64,000 nucleotides of DNA from Anaeramoeba ignava BMAN. Lineage: Eukaryota > Protista > Anaeramoebae. Location of the stretch: assembly GCA_028826165.1 (NCBI GenBank), contig JAPDFW010000114.1, forward strand, positions 310,001 through 374,000, written 5' to 3'. The translations under genes were made by a program, and so were the position numbers. Positions 34,807 through 46,668 of this stretch are shown one piece after another. The notes under the pieces are model-generated. The model had not been told where the DNA came from, ran no database searches, and worked only from the letters and a program-made list of their open reading frames with translations. Each line of letters starts with the position of its first letter. Positions within the stretch are counted from its first letter, which is position 1.

Positions 34807-37800
34807 ATGAGCAAAAACGGTAATCAAAATTAAAACAAAACAACAAAACAAAACAAAACAACAAAACAAAAACAACACAAAAATCCAATATTTTTCAATT
34901 AAATTTTAATTTGAAAAAGTTGATTACAAATTCCAATTAAGTTCCAATTTCAAATTAATAATAAAATTAATAATAAAATTAAATATAAAATTAAATATAA
35001 AATTAATTATAAAATTATTTATAAAACTATTTATAAAATTTCATAAATAATTTTAATTTAAAAAAAAAGATATTCAACAAAATAAAAAAAGAACACCACC
35101 AAAATTACCACCAACTAAACCAAATCATTTAAGCGATGAAAAAACACAAAAACCTATATTAAAACCTCTTCCAAAATTACCTAAGAAGATTCCGAACAAT
35201 TTAATAACAACAAATAATACAAATAATACAAAAATGCATATTTTAATTTCTCCAGATCAAAAAAAAGAACAAACTAAAAAACAAAAATTATTACCAAAAC
35301 CACCATCAAAAAAGCCACCAAAGCCACCAAAGCCACTAAATCAAAATCAAAATCAAAATCAAAATCAAAATCAAAACCAAAATCAAAATCAAAATCAAAA
35401 TCAAAATCAAAATAATCAAGAAAATATATCAAAACCTCCACAAAAACCATTACCCAAAAGACCAAATCAAAATCAAAATCAAAATGAAACAACAATACCA
35501 AAATCATTAAATAGAATACAAAGTGAAATAAATTTAAAACAAAAACCATTACCCAAAAGACCAGATCAAAACGAAACAACAATACCAAAATCTCCAAATA
35601 GAAATCAAAATCGAAATCAAAATCAAAATCGAAATCGAAATCAAAATCGAAATCAAAATCAAAATCAAAATGAAACAACAATACCAAAATCATTAAATAG
35701 AATACAAAGTGAAATAAATTTAAAACAAAAAATATTACCCAAAAGACCAGATCAAGAGAAAACAAAAATATTATCAAAATCTCCAAATCAAAATGAAATA
35801 AATTTAAAACAAAAACCATTACCCAAAAGACCAGATCAAAACGAAACAACAATACCAAAATCTCCAAATAGAAATCAAAATCAAAATCGAAATCAAAATC
35901 AAAATAGAAACCAAAATCAAAATCAAAATCAAAATGAAACAACAATACCAAAATCATTAAATAGAATACAAAGTGAAATAAATTTAAAACAAAAAATATT
36001 ACCCAAAAGACCAGATCAAAATGAAACAAAAATATTATCAAAATCTCCAAATCAAAATGAAATAAATTTAAAACAAAAACCATTACCCAAAAGACCAGAT
36101 CAAAATGAAACAACAATACCAAAATCTCCAAATAGAAATCAAAATCAAAATCAAAATCGAAATCAAAATCAAAACCAAAATCGAAATCAAAATCAAAATC
36201 AAAATGAAACAACAATACCAAAATCATTAAATAGAATACAAAGTGAAATAAATTTAAAACAAAAAATATTACCCAAAAGACCAGATCAAGAGAAAACAAA
36301 AATATTATCAAAATCTCCAAATCAAAAGAATACTAGAAAAAGTCCAACTAAACAAGCAAATGAAGATAGCCCTATTCTTCCTCCAAAAAGAAAACCACCA
36401 CGTCCACCAAAATTTAGAACACTTAAAGATATGAAGGCTTCTAAAATAAGTATGATTCAAAAATCTTTTCAAAAAGAAAAGCAAAATCAATCGAATCAAA
36501 TCCAAAAATCAAATCGAGAACTATTTCAAAATGAAAAACAAAACAAACATGAAAAACAAAATAAACATGAAAAACAAAATCAAATTGAAAATCAAATTGA
36601 AAATAAAATTGAAAATAAAATCGAAAATGAAAATAAAATCGAAAATCAAAATAAAAATGAAAATAAAATTGAAAATCAAAATGAAAATGAAATTGAAAAT
36701 GAAATTGAAAATAAAATTGAAAATGAAATCGAAAATCAAATAGAAAATAAAATTGAAAATCAAAATGAAATTGAAATTGAAAATGAAATAGAAAATAAAA
36801 ATGAAAATCAAAATGAAATCGAAAATCAAAATTTAAAAACAATTCAATATTTAATGGAAAAGGAAAATATTACTTCTGAATTTGATAAAAAGAAAGAAAA
36901 TAACGAAACTATAGATGAACTTCTTAAGAAGAAAGATCAAATTACATTATTTGATCTTGATGACAACCAATTAGAACAACTAATGGAAATTGAGAATGTA
37001 GAAAATAATACTGATGATAATATTAATACTGATGATAATATTGAAGATAATAATATTGAAGATAATAATATTGAAGATAATAATATTGATGATAATATTG
37101 AAGATAATAATATTGAAGATGATAATATTGAAAATGATAATATTGAAGATAATAATATTGAAGATAATAATATTGAAGATGATAATATTGAAGATGATAA
37201 TATTGAAAATGATAATATTGAAGATGATAATATTGAGTCAAATAACTTTCAAAATATAAATCAAGAAAATTCTCAAGAAAACAAAGCAACACTTCAAAAA
37301 GCATTTCATTCGCGAGTCATGGAAACAAAAGAAATAGAAAACACAAATACAAACGAAGCAACAATTCAACAATGTGGATGGCTCAAGAAAGAAGGAGGAG
37401 TCAGAAAAAGTTGGAAAAAACGATTTTTTGTTTTAAAAGGAGATGGAACAATGAGTTATTTCAAAACTGAAGAATTTCTAACAAACCCACTTGGAATGAT
37501 TTATTTGCATAACGCATATTGTTTCCGAAGTGTAAAAACCAACGGATTTCAAATTTATCATCCAAAAAGAAGAATATTTAATTTCCAAAGCGAATCTGAG
37601 AAACTTCGTGACATTTGGATACATCAAATACAAGGAACAATTTTCAAGCTTCAACCAGAAAGACAATTTGAAGATATTGACATCAGTTATTCAGGATATA
37701 TGCGATATCCAAAATCAGGATTTCGCAGATGGAAAACAAGATTCTTCATTCTTTATGACACAATTTTATGCTGGTATGAAAATCCAAGCAAAACAATATG

Positions 37801-39595
37801 TCCTTCTGGCGTTGTTGTTTTGAAAAATGTCCATTTATCATGCGAATATTATAAAGATCTCAATTGCTATCTTTTTAAGCTAACTAACCCCACTCGTGGT
37901 AATTCATATTTTGAACCGCTTACATCAAGTGATGTTGAGATCAATTCACGAAAGGAATTGAGTTTATTGACTGCGCAAATTGAGCAAGAAAAAGACGGAG
38001 CAATGAGAGAAAAAATCAAGCAAAAATTCAAACAGAGATATGATTCATTAGTATATACTGGATGGTACCGTGCTTTACAGGAGAAGATTGAGATGAATCT
38101 CGAGAAGAAATTAAAAAATAATAATGATGAAGTGGGGAAAAAAAAGAAGAACAAAATTGGAATTCTTGGTGGATATTTACTTATTAAGCAAATTGGCAAT
38201 AAAAAGTTTTTTGGACGCAAGCCGATGTGGTTTGTGCTGAAGGGATCATATGCATTTTATGCACAAAAACCCGAGGCAATTGCGAATCCAAAGGGTGCAT
38301 TTTCTTTACAAGGAGTAGAAATTATTGGAACATCGTCACAAGTTGCGAAACCTTTTTTGATCACATTTAAGCATCCCCAAAGGAAACAAATAGTGCTTGA
38401 AGCTGGAGAATATCCAGACTATCTGCGATGGATTTCTGGGTTTCAGAAAGCTGTTTCGAAGGCGCGAAAGGAGCTTTTAAAAAATGAGTTTCATCCAAAA
38501 GAAGGATTTCTTTCGAAATATCAAAAGAAAAAGAAAAAATTTGTTCGCAAATACACAAAGTTGGATAGCAAGAATATTTGCTATTATTCCTCGGCACCTC
38601 ATGAAACAGATCTTCCTACAAACACAATACCATTGAGGGGAGCAGAGTTGCTTCCTTTTGATCGCGAATTAAACAAGCACTTTACTTTTACTTTGGTTTC
38701 TCAAGCAAAAAATCGAGAATATATTTTTTTCGCAGAATCTGAAACAGAATTCAGTGAATGGACTAAAGCAATCGAGATGGCAATTATAATTGCAGATGGT
38801 GTTGATCTTGACCCCGCGAAACCCCAACCGATTTCTAAAAGCAATTCCAACTTGAGTGACAGCTATACTTTCCAAACTGATTCTGACCAGAGTTTGACGC
38901 ATGATCATGATTTCGAAATTCAAGGCACGGAAACCGACACAGAAACTGAAAGCGAGGCAAGAACCACTATTGACACATCTGAATCAGAACAACGCAAAGA
39001 GCGAGATTCGGATCAATTTTCAATGCAAGGACAGGCTCAAGATAAACTGCAAAATGATGTTTTAAAAGAACAAGAAATTTCTTCTTTTGTGAATTCAACC
39101 AATTTTACTCATGATGAAATTACTATTCTTTATTCTCGGTTTTTTAGTCAATTTCGCCGAGGATTAATGAATCGAAAACAGTTTTCTCATTTTGCAAATG
39201 AACTTGGAGTCACAAATACAATTAAGATTGAGCTTCTTTTTAGAGGGTTTGATAAAAATAAAAAGGGGCAGTTATCCTTTTCTGATATTGTTTATGGACT
39301 CAATGCTATTCTTCGTGGAGACAAAGATGAAAAAGTGGAATTTGCTTTCAATATTTTTGATCGGAATAAAAAAGCTAAATTTGATATTCAAGATTTTTGG
39401 TCTGTAATTCATTCACTTCAAGCAATAGAGACTGGTGATGATATTCGGAATAAAATTCCTATTAGTAAATCTGCTAAATTATTATTTGAACAATTTGATA
39501 ATGATAAAGATGGTTTTCTTGATTTTTCAGAGTTTAAAATTGTTGTATTAAAATATCCTACTATTATTGAAAGATTAGGAATTTTTCATTTATAA
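34807..39595 (+). CDS. Pro-rich repeat + four PH domains + C-terminal EF-hand (NCS/calcineurin-B-like) protein, 1512 aa
   Basis: Exons 34807-34819 (13 nt) and 35070-39595. PH motifs GWLKKEGGVRKSWKKRFFVLK, SGYMRY..RRWKTRFFIL, GGYLLIKQ..MWFVLK, EGFLSK..FAESETEFSEWTKAI. EF-hands FDKNKKGQLSFSD, FDRNKKAKFDIQD, FDNDKDGFLDFSEF. Confidence 0.9.
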
Positions 39596-41435
39596 ATTAT
39601 TTATTAAATTAATTATGAAATTTATTAAGAAATTAATTTATAAATTGATTATAAAATTCATTAAGAAATTGATTATGAAATTAATTATGAAATTAATTAA
39701 GAAATTGATTAAGAAATTAATTATGAAATTAATTATAAAATTAATTATGAAATTAATTATAAAATTAATTATGAAATTAATTATAAAATTAATTATGAAA
39801 TTAATTATAAAATTAATTATGAAATTAATTATAAAATTAATTATGAAATTAATTATAAAATTAATTATGAAATTAATTAAGAAATTGATTAAGAAATTAA
39901 TTAAGAAATTAATTAAGAAATTGATTATGAAATTAATTAAGAAATTCATTAAGAAATTATTTATTAAATTAATTATGAAATTGATTAAGAAATTGATTAA
40001 GAAATTGATTAAGAAATTAATTATGAAATTAATTATGAAATTTATTATGAAATTTATTAAGAAATTAATTAAGAAATTGATTAAGAAATTATTTATGAAA
40101 TTGATTATGAAATTAATTATGAAATTGATTATGAAATTAATTAAGAAATTAATTATGAAATTAATTATGAAATTAATTATGAAATTGATTATGAAATTAA
40201 TTAAGAAATTAATTAAGAAATTAATTAAGAAATTGATTATGAAATTAATTATGAAATTAATTATGAAATTAATTATGAAATTGATTATGAAATTAATTAA
40301 GAAATTAATTATGAAATTAATTATGAAATTAATTATGAAATTAATTATAAAATTAATTATGAAATTGATTAAGAAATTGATTATGAAATTAATTAAGAAA
40401 TTGATTAAGAAATTGATTAAGAAATTTATTAAGAAATTAATTAAGAAATTGATTAAGAAATTAATTATGAAATTAATTATAAAATTAATTATGAAATTTA
40501 TTAAGAAATTGATTAAGAAATTAATTATGAAATTTATTAAGAAATTAATTATGAAATTAATTATGAAATTAATTAAGAAATTGATTAAGAAATTGATTAA
40601 GAAATTAATTATGAAATTAATTAAGAAATTGATTAAGAAATTTATTATGAAATTAATTATTAAATTGATTACGAAATTAATTATGAAATTAATTATGAAA
40701 TTGATTAAGAAATTAATTAAGAAATTAATTAAGAAATTAATTAAGAAATTAATTATGAAATTAATTATGAAATTAATTAAGAAATTAATTATGAAATTAA
40801 TTAAGAAATTAATTAAGAAATTAATTAAGAAATTAATTATGAAATTAATTATGAAATTAATTAAGAAATTAATTATGAAATTGATTATGAAATTAATTAT
40901 GAAATTAATTATGAAATTAATTATGAAATTAATTATGAAATTAATTATGAAATTAATTATGAAATTAATTATGAAATTGATTAAGAAACGAATTAAGAAA
41001 TTGATTATGAAATTGATTAAGAAATTAATTAAGAAATTAATTATGAAATTAATTATGAAATTAATTAAGAAATTAATTAAGAAATTAATTAAGAAATTAA
41101 TTAAGAAATTAATTAAGAAATTAATTATGAAATTAATTAAGAAATTAATTATGAAATTTATTAAGAAATTGATTATGAAATTGATTATAAAATTAATTAA
41201 GAAATTAATTATGAAATTGATTAAGAAATTTATTAAGAAATTGATTAAGAAATTAATTATTAAATTGATTACGAAATTGATTATGAAATTAATTATGAAA
41301 TTAATTAAGAAATTAATTAAGAAATTAATTATGAAATTAATTATGAAATTAATTAAGAAATTAATTAAGAAATTAATTAAGAAATTAATTATGAAATTAA
41401 TTATGAAATTGATTAAGAAATTTATTAAGAAATTT
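39596..41435. repeat. 12-mer minisatellite AAATT(A/G)ATTA(T/A)G, about 150 units
   Basis: Starts at the PH-gene stop codon. Unit register is preserved throughout (single 623-codon ORF). Confidence 0.93.
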
Positions 41436-41551
41436 ATTTTTTTATTTTTTTATTTTTTTTTTATGACATCATTGCATAAATTTTAATCAAAAAAAAAACC
41501 AAATTTTATTTTTTTCATTTTTTCTATTTTTTATCTAAAAACAAAATATTA

Positions 41552-43427
41552 ATGAATTCTAATTATTTTGGTTATGATAGAGTTCAAGAATCAACTAAAA
41601 ATTTTCATTTTACTGATTCTGTTAATAAATCCTTTAAACAAAATAAATGGGTTAATAATTAAAAAAATAATAATTTTAATTTTAATTTTAATTTTAATTT
41701 TAATTTTAAATTGATTTGATTTTGTTTTAAGATTGTGACTGAAAAAGTTCATGGAGCTAATTGTTGTTTTGTTTGTAATGGTTTAGATATTAAATCTGGG
41801 AAAAGAAAACAATTAATTTCTGAAAAAGAAGATTTTTTTGGACATAGAAAATTACTTAAAAAAATTTCACCTTTAATTTTTAAAATTTTTGAAGTAAAAA
41901 AAAATATCCGAAAAAAAGAAAATTTTATTAATTAAATTTCAAATTTAAATTCAATTAAATTTTTTTGGAAAGGAAGTGAAAATTTTGAAACCAAAAATGA
42001 AAAAAATATTTTTATATGGAGAATTATTTGGTGGAATTTATCCAGATATAGCAAAAATAGAAGGAGTTGAACCAGTTCAAACAGGGATTTATTATTCTCC
42101 AGATATTGATTTTTATGCTTTTGATATTGGAATTGATTATGAAGAAAACAATATTTTTGAAGAAAAAAATAATTCCAATACAAATCAAAATTCAAATCAA
42201 AATTCAAATCAAAATATAAATCAAAATATAAATCAAAATTCAAATGAAAATATAAATCAAAATTCAAATCAAAATTCAAATCAAAATTCAAATCAAAATA
42301 TAAATCAAAATTCAAATCAAAATACAAATCAAAATACAAATCAAAATACAAATCAAAATTCAAATCAAAATTCAAATCAAAATTCAAATCAAAATTCAAA
42401 TCAAAATTTAAATCAAAATATAAAAAGAAAATCAAAAAAGGAAAAAGAAAAAGAAATTTCAAATCAGAAAAAAAATTCACATCTTGATTTTCTTGATTAT
42501 GAAGATGCTGTGAAAATTTTTCAAAAAGTTGGGATTTTATATGCAGAAATTTTATTTATGGGAAGTTTTGAATCTGCTTTGGATTATCCACTTGGTTTTG
42601 ATACAAAAATTCCAAGTAAATTAGGACTTCCTTTGATTAAGGATAATAAAGCAGAAGGGATTGTTATTAAACCAAATAAAAGTATTTGGGTTGAAAGTAA
42701 AAAAGGAATTATAAGAGTTTTAATCAAAAAGAAAATTGAAGAATTTCAAGAAAAACAATTTCATCAAGCAAAAAAATGGGAAAGTGAAAAAACCCAAAAG
42801 AAAAATGATTCATTTACTCTTTCTAAATATGATCTTACTTTTTATGAAATGATGAGTTTGATTACAGAACAAAGATTGAATAATGGTATGAAAAAATATG
42901 ATCAATTTTATATAAACAATTCAAATTCAAATTCAAATTCAAATTCAATATTCAAATTCAAAATTCAATATTCAATATTCAATATTCAATTTAATTTAAT
43001 ATTCAATATTCAATTTAATTCAATATTCAATATTCAATATTCAATATCAAATTCAATATCAAATTCAATATCAAATTCAATATCAAATTCAATATTCAAT
43101 ATTCAATATTCAATATTCAATTTAATATTCAATATTTAATATTCAAATTAATGCAAATTTAATTTAATGCAAATTCAAATAGCAATTTCAAAAATTGGGA
43201 GAATTTCTCATACAGAAAAAGAAAAAGTTAAAGAAGTTTATCAATTATTTTATGATGATGTAATTGAACAACTTTCAGAAAATTGTGAAGAATATAAAGA
43301 ATTGAAAGAAGATGAATTAAATAATATTTATAAAGTTTTAGAAACAGAAACAAAAAATTTGATAATAGAATATTTGAAAGAACAAAGAAAAGAAGAAAGA
43401 AAAGAAAAAGATAGTAAAAAAAAATAA
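41552..43427 (+). CDS. RNA ligase, Rnl2 family (T4 Rnl2 / kinetoplastid REL type), 4 exons, 472 aa
   Basis: Exons 41552-41650, 41732-41893, 41973-42885, 43183-43427. Motif I WIVTEKVHGAN, Ia SGKR, III LYGELFGG, VQTGIYYSP, IIIa FYAFDI, IV AEGIVIKP, V LIKKK..F.E, Rnl2 C-domain ITEQRLNNAISKIG (spans the last intron). Confidence 0.92.
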
Positions 43428-43523
43428 ATAATTATGAAAGTGGAACAAAATAAATTTTTTTTCATTTTTTCATTTTTTCATTTTTTCATTTTTCATTTTT
43501 TTCATTTTTTTCATTTTTTAAAA

Positions 43524-46374
43524 ATGTTTCCACAACAAGTTATTCAAATCAAAACAATTCAACAATTAATAAATTCACTTAAATCACAAATTCAATTATT
43601 TAATGAAGAAACTCCACCAACACTTCATTCTTTTGCAAATATTTCAGTTGAACAAGAAAAAACAAAATTTTCACAAACTTGTCATGAAATTAAAGAAATT
43701 TTAGAACAAGGTTGGTTAAGAATTGGTTATAGAACAGAAGAGATAAATCGATTTTTAATAAAAATTAACGTAAATTTAATTAAAATTCATTTTAGAATTA
43801 AAATTAAAATTAGAATTAAAATTGATATTAAAATTAAAATTAAAATTCATTTTAAAAATTAAAATTCAAATTAAAATCAAAATTAAAATTAAAATTAAAA
43901 TTAAAATTAAAATCAAAATTAAAATTAAAATCAAAATTAAAATCAAAAATTAAAATTAAAATAAAAATCAAAATTAAAATTAAAATTATAATTATAATTA
44001 AAATTAAAATTAAAATTAAAATTAAAATTAAAAATTAAAATTAAAATTAAAATTAAAATTAAAATTAAAAATTAAAATTATAATTAAAATTAAAATTAAA
44101 ATTAAAATTCAATTTAATATTATAATTATAATCAAAATTAAAATTAAAATTAAAATTAAAATTAAAATTAAAATTAAAATTAAAATTATAATTAAAATTG
44201 ATATTAAAATTAAAATTAATATTAAAATTAAAATTAAAATTCATTTTAAAAATTAAAAATAAAATTAAAATTAAAATTAAAATTAAAATTAAAATTAAAA
44301 TTAAAATTAAAATTAGAATTAAAATTAAAATTAAAATTAAAATTAAAATTAAAATTAAAATTAAAATTAAAATTAAAATTCAAATTCAATTTAAAATTCA
44401 ATTTAAAATTCATTTTAAAAATTCATTTTAAAATTAAAAAAGAAAATCATTTCAACAAACAAAGAAAGACTTGAAAAACAAACACAACTTAATAAAAGCA
44501 AAAGCTTGATACATAAACAAATCGAATCTTCAAAACAACAAACAACAATCAACCCGAAAATCCGAAGCAAATTAGCAGCACTAGAATCAATATCGAAAGT
44601 ACACAATTTATCACTGATGAATCAATTAAGCGAAGAAGAGAAAATATATCTATCAACAAGCAGTCTTTTTATTGAGATAAGATTTGATAAAGAAGGAGAT
44701 GTTGATAATGTTATTATTATTTTTAATACATCGGAAGATTCAGCCCAGCATATTTACGCTGAACTAAGTGTTAATGAAGAAATCAAATGGTTTTTAAATC
44801 ATATGGAAAAACCCAAAAAAAATTCAGGTAAAAAACCTGAATATCAATATTTCCGCATTTTGCAAAGGAAAATTCAAAGTTGTATGAATTTGGATCAAAT
44901 TTATGATAATTTTGGAGCGGAATTCGTTGAGCAGAAGAAAATTATGGAGCAGAAATTCAAACAGGCTTTTCAAGACGAAAATCATTTGATTGTGCAAAAA
45001 TGTGAAGGAATAACGTTTAGATATTTTGTGATGAAAAAAGTGATGAAAAAATATGGAGAAAAATTGTTTAAAAAATTCCCAGAAAAAGATGATGAAAAAA
45101 ATAATCAGAATCAAAAAGGAAATAATGAAAATGAAAATGAAAATGAAAATGAAAAAATCAAAGTTGAAGATAATGATAATTTCGATGTTCTTTTTAATAA
45201 TGAAAATATCGAAGGAATTTATGAAGTAACAGGAATGTTTGAGAAAAATATTCAAAATGTGGATATATTTACAACAACAAAGCCAGAACAAAAACTGGAT
45301 TTCACACCAGGAATCCCAATTTTAATGGAATATGCGAAAATGATTCTTGATCAGCAACAAATCTCAACGGGAAATTATCACTCGAATTTTCATGGAAATG
45401 GAAACGAAAATGGATATGAATTTTTCGACTCAAGAAAAATGGAGTATAATTCAGGAATTTTTGAAGAAAATCAGCATTTGGAAAATCAAAAGGATGGAAA
45501 TGCTTTCTCGAAAGTATTTATGCATGCACCAAGAGATGTGGATCGGTCTTTGGAGCATATTCTTTTCCCAGATCTCGCAGAAAAAAACTTATTTCGACGG
45601 GATATTCTAGTTGGAAATATTTCAATGATAATTTCTTTTGAACAGAAGTTTCATTCTGCGGTTATTCTCAAAAGAATTCCTTTCAACGACCCGTCAAGTC
45701 TTGGCAAAACCATCGATTTGATTAAACAGAATTTGCTTTATAATGAATTGCTGTTGAGTTGTTCTTCCAAGTCAATTGAGGATGATTTAAAAAGTAAAAA
45801 TGATACTGGAAATTTAAATGGGAATTCAAGTGTTAAAATAAATGGGAATTATGAACAAGAACAACGTCAGAAGAATCAAATGGAAATTGAGACAATTTCA
45901 ATTGGAGATTCGAGATTTGATCAAAATTCTGATGATAATTTGATCCAGAATTCTGATGATAATTTGAAAAATGAAAAGGAACCAGATGAAGTTGATATTT
46001 TGGGTGATAATATTCGTTCTCTTTCAATTGAAGTAAGCTCGAAACCGCCCAAGTTTATGTCTTTTATTTTCCTTCGTCCCTATTTTACAAATAATTTCCT
46101 CAGATTTGAAATTGTGATTGGAACTGGTTTTATTAAAAGTGCTTTGTTATTTGATAATCAAACTGGAGATGAAATTGAAAATCCAGAAATTTTACAAAAA
46201 TTAAAAGAAACTCATTCAATTCCAGAAACAATTCATTTTATTATTGAATTTCTTTATGAAGAAAATTCAAATGAAAATTTAAATGAAAAAAATAATCAAA
46301 ATGTGAAAAAAAGAAGAACAAAATCAAAACAAGAAAATAAATCTAAAAAAGAAAATAAATCTAAAAGAAAATAA
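43524..46374 (+). CDS. MED1: Mediator subunit 1 (Med1)-like protein, 725 aa
   Basis: Exons 43524-43769 and 44443-46374. Collinear Med1-like blocks: LESISKVHNL...IYLSTSSLFIEIRFDKEGDVDNV, KRIPFNDPSSLGKTIDLIKQNLLYNELLLSC, IEVSSKPPKFMSFIFLRP, KLKETHSIPETIHFI. Confidence 0.72.
43780..44435. repeat. (AAAATT)n intronic microsatellite
   Basis: Fills Med1 intron 43770-44442. Confidence 0.9.
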
Positions 46375-46668
46375 ATAAAAATTAAAATTAAAAATTAAAA
46401 ATTAAAATTTAAATTGTTTTTTGTTTCTCATTTGCTTTTTTTTTTATATTTTTTTGTTTGTTTGTTTGTTTATGAAAATTAAATTCGAAAAATAAAAATG
46501 AAGAATTAAAAAAAAAACTTCAATTTGAATTATCAAAAAAAAAAAAGCAAAAAAAAAAAAAATCAATTACTTTTTTTGATGGAAAAAAAAAGAAAAAAAA
46601 AAAAGAAGAAAAGAAACGAAAGTAAAGTAAAGTAAAGTAAAGTAAAATTATTTGAGAATGAATTAGAA

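Noticed and set aside
39593-39600. Many stop codons are TAA followed by A (possible Trichomonas-like UAAA poly(A) signal)
   Set aside because: Expected by chance at this AT content; cannot be supported without poly(A) mapping.
39596-41435. Possible CRISPR array or telomeric repeat (also 32160-32915, 51570-52742)
   Set aside because: No unique spacers, no cas genes and no G-rich telomere unit; these are interstitial AT satellites.
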